64,000 bases of DNA from Parcubacteria group bacterium (GTDB lineage Bacteria > Patescibacteriota > Minisyncoccia > Minisyncoccales > UBA10102). Below, one piece after another: positions 9,235 to 19,536 of this stretch. The DNA lies in assembly GCA_016203945.1 (NCBI GenBank), contig JACQLT010000002.1, positions 73,585 through 137,584 on the forward strand, given 5' to 3'. A program made the translations under genes and the position numbers. The notes beneath the pieces are model-generated. The model saw only the letters and a program-made list of their open reading frames with translations. It had not been told where the DNA came from and did no database searches. The number at the start of each line of letters is the position of its first letter. Within the stretch, counting starts at the first letter, position 1.

Positions 9235-9993
9235 TCATTTCTGAAAGTATGCTCCCTCTTTGTCTACCCTCATGATGCGGGGGCGTATATTGCGCTTTGC
9301 CAAAAACTCGTCCACTGCCTTTTTGCATCCCTCCCAACAATAATAGTCGTCAATGATAACATAGCCGCCTTGAACCACGTTGTCAAAAAGATTTTCCAGA
9401 ATGCACTTTGTGGACTCATACCAGTCAGCATCCATACGAAGCAGTGCAATGGGGCCCACCTTTTCTCTTGCGGCAGGAAGCGTTTCTTGGAACCAACCCT
9501 GCTCAATATGAATAGTGTTTCCGGGCAAACGAAGAACCCGAAAGAAAAGCCGCCGTACATCCTCCAAGGGACCCACGCACTTCCCAATTGAGGCAAGCGT
9601 GCCCGAAGTTCTGTTGCTTGCATACTCTTTGGCCCTTGCGCCGTCATGCAGGGTGGGCTCTGGCAGACCCTCAAAAGAATCGAACAGCCAGATCTGACGC
9701 TTGGGACCCGCAACAGAGGCCATTACAGCGGCAGCCCCTCCTTTCCACACCCCGCATTCCACAAACGCTCCTGCAATCTTTCTCTTTTCGATATCTTCCG
9801 CAAGTTCGTAGGCATTCTTAAGCCGCTCATAGCTCACCATAGTGAAAGGACGAACTTTCAAAAAGAGCATAAGGCGCCGAGGGAAAAAGAAGTTATGGCG
9901 CACGGCTTTCGCCAGGAATATCGTTTTCCAATAGAACGCTCTTGCAAAAGCGCTCTTTCTTGCGATATGTTTCAAAAAAGAAATCATGCTCAT
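9235..9993 (-). CDS. TylF/MycF/NovP-family O-methyltransferase
   Basis: VECGVWKGG, LFDSFEGLP, GWFQETL, DADWYEST, IIDDY. Confidence 0.9.
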   Translation of the reverse strand: MSMISFLKHIARKSAFARAFYWKTIFLAKAVRHNFFFPRRLMLFLKVRPFTMVSYERLKNAYELAEDIEKRKIAGAFVECGVWKGGAAAVMASVAGPKRQIWLFDSFEGLPEPTLHDGARAKEYASNRTSGTLASIGKCVGPLEDVRRLFFRVLRLPGNTIHIEQGWFQETLPAAREKVGPIALLRMDADWYESTKCILENLFDNVVQGGYVIIDDYYCWEGCKKAVDEFLAKRNIRPRIMRVDKEGAYFQK

Positions 9994-10064
9994 TTAGATG
10001 AACTACCCTACAAAACAACCTATCACTCTTTTGTTTTTTATGCCAATGAAAAGGGAGAACGCAT

Positions 10065-10475
10065 CTAAGGTTCCCCCATGAGCCTCGCTTCCAGAGCGGA
10101 CACTATCCTATCCTCGTTGGCGGGAAGACGGAGCTTTTTGATCTCTTCCAACGTCTTCCAATGCATCTGCCCTTCGTTGGACTGAATTTCCACATATCCC
10201 ACAAAGCAGAGAAACACTTTGTCTCTGTAGGATTTTCTCCTGTGGGAATACGGAAAATCGATGAGTTTCTGAAGGTCGCTGATGCTTACACGAACCCCGG
10301 TTTCCTCGGCTATTTCCCGCACGGCGCATTCGGCGGGAGTTTCTCCCTCTTCCCTCGCTCCGCCCGGGATGACCCATCTTCCCGGGTACCAGATACCTCT
10401 CTTCCAATCTCTCTTCTGAAGAAGGATTTTCCCGTCTGGCCTTACCAGCACAAAACTTGCATCACTGAATTCCAA
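10065..10475 (-). CDS. NUDIX hydrolase
   Basis: Nudix box GGAREEGETPAECAVREIAEETG. Confidence 0.9.
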   Translation of the reverse strand: MEFSDASFVLVRPDGKILLQKRDWKRGIWYPGRWVIPGGAREEGETPAECAVREIAEETGVRVSISDLQKLIDFPYSHRRKSYRDKVFLCFVGYVEIQSNEGQMHWKTLEEIKKLRLPANEDRIVSALEARLMGEP

Positions 10476-10527
10476 GCAATGGCCTCTTCTTTCTCCCTTT
10501 TAAGGTGCTGTGATATCGCTCAAAAAT

Positions 10528-10556
10528 AGTTTAGCATTTTGTATAAAATTTGTCAA
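10528..10556 (-). promoter_or_regulatory. sigma70-type promoter of the NUDIX gene
   Basis: TTGACA-17 nt-TAAACT with TG extension. Confidence 0.65.
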
Positions 10557-10561
10557 GGAGA

Positions 10562-11743
10562 TTATTTGCGAATGGATCGGGTACCCCTTATGTGGCGCCA
10601 GAATACAGGGAGAAACAAGAACACCATGAGATTTGCGGGGAGATAGAAGATGATGGCGTGTGACTGAGGATGATTTACCATATCTCCCGGCATCACAATT
10701 GTCCAAGAAAGAGCCGCGATGTAAGAAAAGGCAAGAGCGAATACAAGAGCGCCCCCTTGGGTTCCGGAAAACTTCTCGCGGTACTTTTTCGCAGAAAAAA
10801 GCAGCAAGAGAATGCCGAGGAGAAAGATGCCCGCCGTCCAAAGATACGCCAAGGTAATCAAAAGAGTAGCTCCCGTCTCTGCTTTCAGATATGCGGGTCC
10901 CAAGAGATAATCGAGAACGATCCGTGGAGCGAAAAGGGGTTCGCCAAAGGAACGCTGTAGCCCCTTCCCTACGATATGTTCAAGAATTTCTCTTTTTGAC
11001 CCCAGATAGGCGATTCCCTGAGCCATATGCAGATTCAGGGCAAGCAAAAATCCAGCGAATCCCGCAATGTATATCCATACCGACTTCCGAGCGATAGCAC
11101 TAAGGCGAGTGCCGTTTCTTAACTCATAATAGAGAACGGGAACAAGCGTTGAGAGAAGAATGTTGGAAAGAAACTCATATCCGGAAAGAGCTTTGAAAAA
11201 AATCAAAAAACCGATCGCAAAACAAAAAAACGGAAACTTTGACTTTAGGTATGGATATAACATCCAACTGAACACAAAGGGGAGGAACGACGCAAAAATC
11301 ATCCATGCCAGGCCTCCGCTATACAACACGAGCCAAGGCGAAGACAAAATTCCTGCGGCAAGAAAAAGCGCGGAGAATCTTCCGAATTCTTTTGCTACCA
11401 CAAGCACAAATCCGGCAAGGGTTGCGGCGAATAGAAATGCGAGAAGAATGTACAGACCCCGCACATATTGCTCAAGAGGCACATTTGGCGGCCAGAGCAA
11501 CGCAAAAATTTTGAACTGCAATCCATACTGGGAAAGATAGGCCTTGGGCAAACCCTGCTCGTCTTTTGCCACTAAAAACCCTCCGGATTCAAAACTTCCG
11601 TCGGCTTGGTACCTCAAAGCGTCAATGACGGGGTCGCTCGCGCCTCTGTGAAATTTCTGAACAAGCGCGTTTGTCTGAAAAAAGGAAAACCAGAGCGCAA
11701 AAACCGCAAACAGGATAATAAATAGTGAGAGCTGTTTTGTCAT
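10562..11743 (-). CDS. Polytopic membrane protein, possibly GT-C-type glycosyltransferase
   Basis: About 10 hydrophobic segments plus an N-terminal external loop; directly follows a polyprenol-P GT2 gene. Confidence 0.55.
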   Translation of the reverse strand: MTKQLSLFIILFAVFALWFSFFQTNALVQKFHRGASDPVIDALRYQADGSFESGGFLVAKDEQGLPKAYLSQYGLQFKIFALLWPPNVPLEQYVRGLYILLAFLFAATLAGFVLVVAKEFGRFSALFLAAGILSSPWLVLYSGGLAWMIFASFLPFVFSWMLYPYLKSKFPFFCFAIGFLIFFKALSGYEFLSNILLSTLVPVLYYELRNGTRLSAIARKSVWIYIAGFAGFLLALNLHMAQGIAYLGSKREILEHIVGKGLQRSFGEPLFAPRIVLDYLLGPAYLKAETGATLLITLAYLWTAGIFLLGILLLLFSAKKYREKFSGTQGGALVFALAFSYIAALSWTIVMPGDMVNHPQSHAIIFYLPANLMVFLFLPVFWRHIRGTRSIRK

Positions 11744-11756
11744 ATACTAATAAAGC

Positions 11757-12467
11757 TTATTTTCGAGAACGGAGCCAAAATAAACACAATTCAAAGAAAG
11801 TCGTGAATGCAGCTCTCAGGGTGCCCCCGACCGACTTGCCGTATTTGCGCCCGGAAGAATGCACTTCGACTTCTGCGATGCGGTATCTCTGCTGTTTTGC
11901 CTGAATGAGCAATTCCGCAAGGCAAAAAAATCTTGGCGAAGTGATATGAACGGTCTTGAACACCTCCCTTCTGACTAATTTTACCCAGTTTGGATCCTGG
12001 GTGCGAAACCCGAAAAACAATCTCAGCAGCAGAAGATTGATGGCTGTCACCATGCGCCGGTACCAACCGTACGAAGGCCTAAATAATCGAACTCCCGACA
12101 CGATGTCAGATGTTCTGCTCAATGGAATAAGTGCCGCAAGTTCTCGAATGTCGAACTGCAGATCGGCCGAAGTGATAAAAATGAATTCTTTGCTGGCCTT
12201 GGCAATGCCGGTTCGCAGAGCGGCCCCTATGCCCTGATTCCGTTCATGATGACACACCTTAAGAAATGGAAGTGACGGCTTGATGGTATCCAAAATTTCT
12301 TTTGTCCTGTCTTTGCTTCCGTCGTTTACCACAATAACCTCAAAATCCTCCGCAAGCTGAGGAAGCGCCTTCGCGCATTCCCCAAGCGCTTGCGCCATAT
12401 TTTCTTCTTCATTGTACGCCGGCATGAAGACGCTCAGAGATTCAAGCCTCATAAAATTTTTTAACAT
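11757..12467 (-). CDS. GT2 glycosyltransferase (DPM synthase/GtrB/ArnC-like)
   Basis: SVFMPAYNEEEN, VVNDGSKDRT, NQGIGAALRTG, ADLQ. Confidence 0.85.
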   Translation of the reverse strand: MLKNFMRLESLSVFMPAYNEEENMAQALGECAKALPQLAEDFEVIVVNDGSKDRTKEILDTIKPSLPFLKVCHHERNQGIGAALRTGIAKASKEFIFITSADLQFDIRELAALIPLSRTSDIVSGVRLFRPSYGWYRRMVTAINLLLLRLFFGFRTQDPNWVKLVRREVFKTVHITSPRFFCLAELLIQAKQQRYRIAEVEVHSSGRKYGKSVGGTLRAAFTTFFELCLFWLRSRK

Positions 12468-13551
12468 GTGAAGCGACGTATCGTATATGGCCGTCCGTCA
12501 GTTCGGGGTACATTGGCAAACTCAGTATTTCCTTAGCGCACCGCTCTGCCGCAGGAAAATCTCCTTTCTTATACCCCAGATGAAAAAACGCTTTTTGAAG
12601 ATGCACCGGAGTCGGGTAGTGAATCTGGGTCTGGATGCCGTGCTTGGCCAAATACGAGGCGAGCTCATTTCTCCGCCTACAGCGGATAACATAGGCATAC
12701 ATACTTGAGACGGAATGGGGTCGTTCAACGGGCAAAAGAACATTCGCTGATAACGATTTCAAAAGTGCATTGTACGTTCTCGCATTTTTTCTCCTCAGCG
12801 CAACCCACGAATTGAGATGCTTGAGTTTTACCCTCAGGAATGCCGCTTGCAGCGCCTGTATACGGTAATTGTAGCCTATGACCTCGTGTGCGTGTTTTGA
12901 GATTTGGCCGTGATCTCTCAATGCTCGTATTGCTTTTTCCATCTTTTTGCTGTTCGTCAGCACCGCTCCCCCCTCGCCGTACGCCCCCAGCACCTTGCTG
13001 GGATAAAAACTGAAACAGGTGGTATTCCCAAAAGATCCTATTGTCTTGCCTCTATATGTTGCTCCGTGAGCTTGAGCGGCGTCTTCAATAATCGCAATGT
13101 TGTGCTTTCTCGCAATGCGCAGAAGCGCATTCATATCCGCGGCATTTCCATAGAGATGAACGGGAATAATTGCTTTTGTTTTCTTAGTGATGGCGCGCTC
13201 AACGCCAGCGACATCCAGCGTATGAGATACAGGGTCAATGTCGGCAAATACCGGCTTTGCCCCCACGTATGCTATCGCTTCACACGTAGCAACAAACGTG
13301 TTTGGCTGGGTTATGACCTCGTCTCCAAATCGTATCCCATGAGCCAAAAGAGCTACGTGCAGAGCCGAGGTGCCCGAGTTTACCGCCACGCAATATCGTG
13401 CCCCGCAATATCTCGCAAATTCCTGTTCAAAACCCTCCGTTTCTTTACCGAGAATAAAGATTCCAGATTCCATCACCCGCGCAAAGGCCGCATTGATATG
13501 AGTACGGATGCTCTTAATTTGAGGATGGAGATCAAGAAAGGGAACTTTCAT
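12442..13551 (-). CDS. DegT/DnrJ/EryC1/StrS aminotransferase (WbpE-like)
   Basis: MKVPFLDL, VNSGTSAL, EDAAQAHG, SFYPSKVLGAYGEGG; start moved to 13551 (ATGA overlap). Confidence 0.9.
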   Translation of the reverse strand: MKVPFLDLHPQIKSIRTHINAAFARVMESGIFILGKETEGFEQEFARYCGARYCVAVNSGTSALHVALLAHGIRFGDEVITQPNTFVATCEAIAYVGAKPVFADIDPVSHTLDVAGVERAITKKTKAIIPVHLYGNAADMNALLRIARKHNIAIIEDAAQAHGATYRGKTIGSFGNTTCFSFYPSKVLGAYGEGGAVLTNSKKMEKAIRALRDHGQISKHAHEVIGYNYRIQALQAAFLRVKLKHLNSWVALRRKNARTYNALLKSLSANVLLPVERPHSVSSMYAYVIRCRRRNELASYLAKHGIQTQIHYPTPVHLQKAFFHLGYKKGDFPAAERCAKEILSLPMYPELTDGHIRYVASHVKKFYEA

Positions 13552-14189
13552 GAAAGAGTTGAGAGAATTGATCGGATATCTTGCACGATGCGATCTGGTT
13601 TCAGCTTTTTCAGGCAAGAAAACTGACGCATGCCAGAAAGCACCCCCACCGTTATCATTCCAAGGCCCTTCCCGCACATCATATCAGCTTCCGTATCGCC
13701 CACCATTATATCACGCGTATGAGTAAACCGCTTCACCAATTTCTTTTTCGTCTCATAATCGCTCTTCCCATTAAACACACGGGGGCTCCCTTGCAATATT
13801 GAAACTGCGGCAGGAAAACCAAACCTCTCTGTTTCTTTAAAAAGATTTTTTCTGTTCCTTCGCAGGGTTACCACGAATATGCGGAACCCAAGCTTCCTCA
13901 GCTTTTTAAGAACGCGCAAAGAGAAACTGAACATCTTGTCATATTTCAAATAGCGCTCGCGCTCAATATTCTCAAGAAAAAACGATTCGTATCGCGCAAG
14001 CATTTTTTTATCTTTGAACATGCTGCTATTTGACGCGCCCTTTCTTTTGAGGCGCAAAAATTTCTCTTTTGAAAAAAACGGCTTGAGCCCTTCTTGCTTC
14101 ACAAAATCCATATATACCCTGTAGTATTTTTCTGACACGTCAATGAGGGTGCCGTCGAGGTCAAAGAAGATATTCCTTATGCGGTGCAT
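13548..14189 (-). CDS. HAD-family hydrolase
   Basis: FDLDGTL, MVGDTEAD. Confidence 0.85.
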   Translation of the reverse strand: MHRIRNIFFDLDGTLIDVSEKYYRVYMDFVKQEGLKPFFSKEKFLRLKRKGASNSSMFKDKKMLARYESFFLENIERERYLKYDKMFSFSLRVLKKLRKLGFRIFVVTLRRNRKNLFKETERFGFPAAVSILQGSPRVFNGKSDYETKKKLVKRFTHTRDIMVGDTEADMMCGKGLGMITVGVLSGMRQFSCLKKLKPDRIVQDIRSILSTLS

Positions 14190-14908
14190 TGGACGTATAG
14201 TTCCGCCAATAGTTCCGGAGGGAAATCCTTGCCAATGCGAAACATCGCATCCAGGATTTTTTCATCAAGACCAAGCCCGTCAAGCTGGCTGTTTGAGAGG
14301 GGCTTTAAAAAGATGCCTCCCATACTTTTTACTTTCAGTTTTGCGGCGCGTATATCTTTCTTCAGCGACTTTGCGTCATATACTCTCCTGTGGCCGATCC
14401 GCCTGTCTCTCTCGTTGAGCTCATGGAGATGCTTCAGCATACCGGCCATCACTCCTATCCTGCGATGAAGAGATTGGGCGTTGGGACAGATAATAAAAAT
14501 AGTTCCTTTTTTTGCGAGCCAGCGCCGCGACATGCTGAGCAGACGAACCGGATGTTGAACATGCTCAAGGATATTCACGAGCACAATGCTGTTAAATTTC
14601 TCCCGGGGCTTGAACTCTTCAAAAAGCGTGCATATGAAATCGGCATTGCGAAGGCGCAACTTTTTTGCGTCGGCAATGAGCTTTTGAGAGCCGTCTATGG
14701 CAGTGATGTGTTTGAAGTGCTTGGCAAGATTTTCTGTCATTACGCCTTCTGCGCATCCGACTTCCAATATACGATCGTTGCGAATATGTTCTCTTATGAT
14801 CGCAAAGCGGTACTTCTCCAATCTGACTTCAAAACCTTCCCGCATGGAAAAATGCTTTGCAATATCTGCGAGCCGCTTTTTTTCTGCTTCTTTGCCTTGT
14901 GTTTTCAT
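14177..14908 (-). CDS. Class I SAM-dependent methyltransferase
   Basis: LEVGCAEG, ILEHV, CPNA. Confidence 0.85.
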   Translation of the reverse strand: MKTQGKEAEKKRLADIAKHFSMREGFEVRLEKYRFAIIREHIRNDRILEVGCAEGVMTENLAKHFKHITAIDGSQKLIADAKKLRLRNADFICTLFEEFKPREKFNSIVLVNILEHVQHPVRLLSMSRRWLAKKGTIFIICPNAQSLHRRIGVMAGMLKHLHELNERDRRIGHRRVYDAKSLKKDIRAAKLKVKSMGGIFLKPLSNSQLDGLGLDEKILDAMFRIGKDFPPELLAELYVQCTA

Positions 14909-15828
14909 GGCTTTATCTGGAAAAACTCAAACTCTTTTTTTAAACCCTCCCTGATCTCAACGGATGGAGCGTATCCGAGTTTCTCTTTTGCCGAGCTGAT
15001 ATCCATCACCAAATCAAACGCCTCTTTTATGCCGGGTTTTTGAATAGGTTCGAGCGATGCTCCCGAAATTTGCAGAAGCATAGTGAGCGCATCCCGTATG
15101 CGAATTCCCTGCCCCGAGCTGATGTTAAACGTACCTCCCAAATTTTTATTGAGGGCGAGTATGGTTGCCTGTACCACGTCATCAATATATGCATAGTCGC
15201 GCAGTTCCGAACCTAAACCATACAAGACGGGTTTCTGTTTTTGCGTAATCGCTTCAATAAACTTGGGTATTGCTTTCACAACCGGCTCTCCGGGCCCATA
15301 TACCTGAGAGTAGCGGAGAATGGTAAGAGGGATTCCCTTCTCGTCAAAAAACACGCTTAAATATTTTTCTGCCGCCGCCTTACTCGCTCCGTAGTATGTA
15401 AGAGAATTGAGAGGATGATCTTCGCGAAGGGGAAGATATTGCGGTTTGCCGTAGACATCAATGGTACTCGCATACACAAATCCTTTCACGATGTCGGGCA
15501 GGCATTCTGCAAGATACAGTGAGGCCAAAACATTGTGTTTTACATACTCTTCTGGCTTCTCATCTGTACTGCGGACAGAAGGCGTACGGCCTGCCAAATG
15601 AAGAACATAGTCAATAGGGCCTATGGCTTTAATGTTTTTACAAGCATCTCTCTTTGAAAGGTCGGCTTTTACATGTCTCACATTTCCTTCGTGGCCTGGG
15701 ATTGCGTCTTTTGACAGCGAAATAATGCTGACTCCTTCTTGTTTTCTCAACGCCTCCACCACGCGTGAGCCAATAAAACCGTTCCCTCCGGTTACCAGAA
15801 TAATTTTTTCAGGCGAGCTGCTATTCAT
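14905..15828 (-). CDS. NAD-dependent sugar epimerase/dehydratase
   Basis: TGGNGFIG, YGASK, YGPG. Confidence 0.9.
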   Translation of the reverse strand: MNSSSPEKIILVTGGNGFIGSRVVEALRKQEGVSIISLSKDAIPGHEGNVRHVKADLSKRDACKNIKAIGPIDYVLHLAGRTPSVRSTDEKPEEYVKHNVLASLYLAECLPDIVKGFVYASTIDVYGKPQYLPLREDHPLNSLTYYGASKAAAEKYLSVFFDEKGIPLTILRYSQVYGPGEPVVKAIPKFIEAITQKQKPVLYGLGSELRDYAYIDDVVQATILALNKNLGGTFNISSGQGIRIRDALTMLLQISGASLEPIQKPGIKEAFDLVMDISSAKEKLGYAPSVEIREGLKKEFEFFQIKP

Positions 15829-16894
15829 GAAGCTGTTGTTTTCGTTTTATCAGGTCTTGCCTGCACCGCTCTATTTCTTTTGTGCCAGTAAGCACCGGCT
15901 CCACGTCCATGCCTCGTATCCAAACAAGCCCGTCTGGAAGAGGGTTGAAGATTTTTGAGGGTTCCGGGTACTCTTCTCCGAATGCCAGCCCGAGCATGAT
16001 CTCTGGCATATTGAGACCTGCTTTGGAAAAAAAGAAGTGGGTGGTAAAGAAACGGCCGATATTTATCTCCGTAGGATTTGGCACGCCCGTCTTGTCGTAT
16101 GTAAGGTCAACTGAGAAAATGCCGTGCGGATTTTGGTCAATTGCCTTGATTGCTTTCAGGGCAAGCTCATCAAGCGCTGGATCAGAATACGTCATTCCAC
16201 CACCAGTAATCCCGGTGACTCCGGAAGGAGCCCTGTTCGCAAACTCCCAATAGAGCCTCTCTCTCCCTTGGGCCGCAACAAGTGTGCCCTTATTCCAAAT
16301 TGACATCCATGTAACCGAATGTTCCGTAAGAACTTCGGCCGCAGTGAACCTGCCCCAGCCGTTTCGTGAATGAATCCACGAAAGAGCATCTTCGTATGCT
16401 TTGGCAGGATACGACCCTTCCCCGGCAGCCCCTTTTCTGTTCCTCAGCCAAAGATACGATCCAATGTTTTGAAATGCCTCTTTCAGGTCTTGAGGTTTTT
16501 GAATAAGCACGGTGCGGGGAATAGGCAAGGAAGCTTGCTCCCATAGCTGATAGGAAGCGAATTTATCCAGACATACCTCCACCGTTTTTTTATCGGGAAG
16601 AAATGTTCTCGTGTTTACCTCTTCTCTGTGTTGCGAGAGAAATTCAACCTCTTTGTCGTTTTGCGCATGAATGAATTCAATGTCGTATTCTTTTATGATC
16701 TGGTTCAGTATCGGCAGGTACTCCCTGTCTTCAACCCTTGGAACCAAAAGGCGAATATCGGTCTTCGCTCTCTGAAGCGTGTACTCGTTGCAGTCCACCC
16801 CCACAAGAAACATGGGGCCTTTCATCAGTCGCAAAGAATTAACAAAGTTTGTTGCGGGCGCTCCTCCGGCCCCGCATACCAATATTTTTTTCAT
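15821..16894 (-). CDS. ATP-grasp (carboxylate-amine ligase-like) protein
   Basis: CLDKF, EINIGRF (ATP-grasp ExNxR), N-terminal GAGG; start MKKIL (ATGA overlap). Confidence 0.7.
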   Translation of the reverse strand: MKKILVCGAGGAPATNFVNSLRLMKGPMFLVGVDCNEYTLQRAKTDIRLLVPRVEDREYLPILNQIIKEYDIEFIHAQNDKEVEFLSQHREEVNTRTFLPDKKTVEVCLDKFASYQLWEQASLPIPRTVLIQKPQDLKEAFQNIGSYLWLRNRKGAAGEGSYPAKAYEDALSWIHSRNGWGRFTAAEVLTEHSVTWMSIWNKGTLVAAQGRERLYWEFANRAPSGVTGITGGGMTYSDPALDELALKAIKAIDQNPHGIFSVDLTYDKTGVPNPTEINIGRFFTTHFFFSKAGLNMPEIMLGLAFGEEYPEPSKIFNPLPDGLVWIRGMDVEPVLTGTKEIERCRQDLIKRKQQLHE

Positions 16895-17913
16895 GAAGAC
16901 AAAAGTACTTTCTTTCCTTCTTTCATGCTCTGGTCGCACGCTTCCAGCATGCGCACTACTTCGAGCCCCTCGCGCCCCGGCGTCTGGGGCTCCGCGCCAG
17001 AACGGATGCAGTCAATAAAATGCTGGGTCTCAACAGAGAGAGCTTCCGTGGTATCAAGTTTTGGTATGACAATATCCCCAACCCGATACAATGGGTTAAA
17101 AGGCGTGATATTCTGGAGATTCAACGAGATTCCCTTGTCGTACACCTTCACCTTCTCAGATGGCTCCAGGTCGTCGTAGAGAATCATTTTGCGGCTTCCT
17201 CCGATGAGTATTTTTCGTATCTTCAGGGGCGACAGCCAGCTCGCGTGAACATGAGCCACGATGCCAGATTCCATTTCAAGGGTGACGTGGGCCATTTCTT
17301 CTCCGTGCGAGGAGAGATGTCGTGTGCCTTGCGCAAACACCGCCTTGGGGCGAACATCTCCAAAAAGAAAGCGGAGAATGGAAAAGTCGTGGGCTGCAAG
17401 ATCCCACAGTACCGAAGCATCATGCTGAATGAGCCCGAAATTAATGCGCTCTGAATCAAAATAGTAAATATCCCCCAGCTCTTGCATAAGCTCTTTGATT
17501 TTTTTCACCGCTCCCGTATATACAAAGGTGTGATCAATCATCAAAATCAGCCCTTTGCTCTCTGCAAGATCGATCAATTCTTGGCACTGGACAACAGAAG
17601 ATGCCATTGGTTTTTCCAAAAGCACGTGCTTGCCTCGTTCCAGCGCAGTTTTCGCAAGTTCATAATGAGTGGAAAGGGGCGTGGCAATGGCGACCGCCTG
17701 CACCGTGTCATCTTGCAGGATATCTTCGTATGATACGGTAAATTTTGTGGAAGGATATTGCACGGCAAGCTTGCGAAAAACGTCTTTCTTAATATCGCAT
17801 CCATACGCGACTTCGCATCCTTCAAGCTGAGAGAAGTTGCGAAGGAGGTTGGGCCCCCAATATCCAAGCCCGACGACCCCAATTTTGATAATGTGATTTT
17901 GATGGCTCTCCAT
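16891..17913 (-). CDS. Gfo/Idh/MocA-family oxidoreductase
   Basis: VGLGYWGPNLLRN, EKP, WDLAAHD. Confidence 0.9.
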   Translation of the reverse strand: MESHQNHIIKIGVVGLGYWGPNLLRNFSQLEGCEVAYGCDIKKDVFRKLAVQYPSTKFTVSYEDILQDDTVQAVAIATPLSTHYELAKTALERGKHVLLEKPMASSVVQCQELIDLAESKGLILMIDHTFVYTGAVKKIKELMQELGDIYYFDSERINFGLIQHDASVLWDLAAHDFSILRFLFGDVRPKAVFAQGTRHLSSHGEEMAHVTLEMESGIVAHVHASWLSPLKIRKILIGGSRKMILYDDLEPSEKVKVYDKGISLNLQNITPFNPLYRVGDIVIPKLDTTEALSVETQHFIDCIRSGAEPQTPGREGLEVVRMLEACDQSMKEGKKVLLSS

Positions 17914-17921
17914 AGTAAAAA

Positions 17922-19532
17922 TTAGAGAAGGGGCGGCAAACCGCCTGTGACCATGATCTTCTGGCCGGTCGTGAAAGAAGCATAGTCAGAAGCCAAAAAA
18001 GCAACTGCTCGTGCAATATCCAAGGGTTCCGCGTATCTTCCCAAAGGAGACTCCTCCGCAATCTTTTTGCGAAACCCATCCGGGATATGCGCAATCAAGT
18101 CAGTTTCAACCATACTGGGCACCACCATGTTAACGAGAATATTTTGTCTGGCATATTCTACGGCCAGAGCCCTGGTGAGTCCTACGAGGCCACTCTTTGC
18201 GATGACATATTTGCTATGCCGCGAAGGAGGGTCATCGGTTGCCACGGTGCCAATGGTAATAATGCGACCTCCTCCTGCTTTGATCATACCGGGTATCACT
18301 TCCTGGGAGCAGTGAACGCTTCCTTTCACCACCACGTCCAGATCTCTTTGAATATCTTCCCATTGCGTAGAAAGAAAATCTTTTGGAAGGAAATCTCTTA
18401 CCGCATTGTTCACGAGCACGTCAACTGTGCCAAAAAATTCGTTGATTTTTCCAACCATAGCCCGTACCTGCTCGCGGTGGGTAATGTCCGCCTGAAAGCA
18501 AAGGGCTTTGCCGTCCCCTTTGCGGATGTCTTCTACGAGGTTTTCTGCGTCCTCCTTTCCCCGCAGATAGTTGATAGCTACCTTGGCTCCCAGCGCGGCA
18601 AAGAGCATGGCGCATGTGGCGCCAATTCCGCTGTTGGCGCCGGTAATAAGCACTACCTTGTCCTTGAGACCCATATCATGTGCTTTCTCCTGTATATCGG
18701 CAAAGGAAGCAAGGCGTGCACGCGGGCTCCTCACCCCGGCGGTAATAAATCCTCGTATGGCAGATCCGACGGCAAACTCTTTTTTTATACTGTGCGTTGC
18801 CCCCGACACGAACACCACCTCTTCTTTGAACTCGTAAAGAGCGTCGAGAACAATAGGGTTCTCTATCGTTGCCTCAAATCCGTACAGCGTCGCAAATGTC
18901 CCCGGCATAACCATTCCCACGGAAGGAGAACACATGAGCAGGGCCAATAACTCGAACGGAGAAAAAGCGGGGCTGAACTTTTCGTCCGGCAATCCTTCTT
19001 GCAAAAGAAACCGCGCACCTGCCATGGCTCCTTGAGATACGGCAAAGCGCATCGTGTTTGCCATGCCTTCCTGAATTTCCTGCATGGCGTATGTGCGTTC
19101 TTGAATGTTGTCTCTCAGCAAACTCTCTTCTGGCGCATCGCTTGCGATGGGAATGCGTGCCTCAGAAGGGACCATCTCTCCCTTTCCTTCAATCAATGAC
19201 TCCTGGGATTTGCGGTTGAGTATGCGCCACGAAAACCCGCCTTGCTCTCGCACATGCGCTTCAAGCGTTAAAGCATCGTTTAAAAAAATCGGCTTAAGGA
19301 ATTTTGCCCGGAGCGAGCGCAATCTCCATGTTCTGCGGGGAAATTGAACCGCCAATAAAAAGCAAAGGGGGAGAAATCCATGCACAATACGCTCGCGGTA
19401 CGCGGAGGTTGCCGCAACATCTTCATGGAGATGCAATGGATTGGTATCGCCCGAGAGAAACGCAAAGCGTCTCACCATGGATTCGGTAATCTGAAAGGAG
19501 ATGTGCTGCGGCTGATTGTGTGCTTGTGACAT
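17922..19532 (-). CDS. MaoC-type (hot-dog) dehydratase fused to FabG-like SDR reductase
   Basis: FAFLSGDTNPLH...IVHG hydratase motif; C-terminal TGANSGIG, NNA, YVIAK. Confidence 0.85.
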   Translation of the reverse strand: MSQAHNQPQHISFQITESMVRRFAFLSGDTNPLHLHEDVAATSAYRERIVHGFLPLCFLLAVQFPRRTWRLRSLRAKFLKPIFLNDALTLEAHVREQGGFSWRILNRKSQESLIEGKGEMVPSEARIPIASDAPEESLLRDNIQERTYAMQEIQEGMANTMRFAVSQGAMAGARFLLQEGLPDEKFSPAFSPFELLALLMCSPSVGMVMPGTFATLYGFEATIENPIVLDALYEFKEEVVFVSGATHSIKKEFAVGSAIRGFITAGVRSPRARLASFADIQEKAHDMGLKDKVVLITGANSGIGATCAMLFAALGAKVAINYLRGKEDAENLVEDIRKGDGKALCFQADITHREQVRAMVGKINEFFGTVDVLVNNAVRDFLPKDFLSTQWEDIQRDLDVVVKGSVHCSQEVIPGMIKAGGGRIITIGTVATDDPPSRHSKYVIAKSGLVGLTRALAVEYARQNILVNMVVPSMVETDLIAHIPDGFRKKIAEESPLGRYAEPLDIARAVAFLASDYASFTTGQKIMVTGGLPPLL

Positions 19533-19536
19533 ATGC

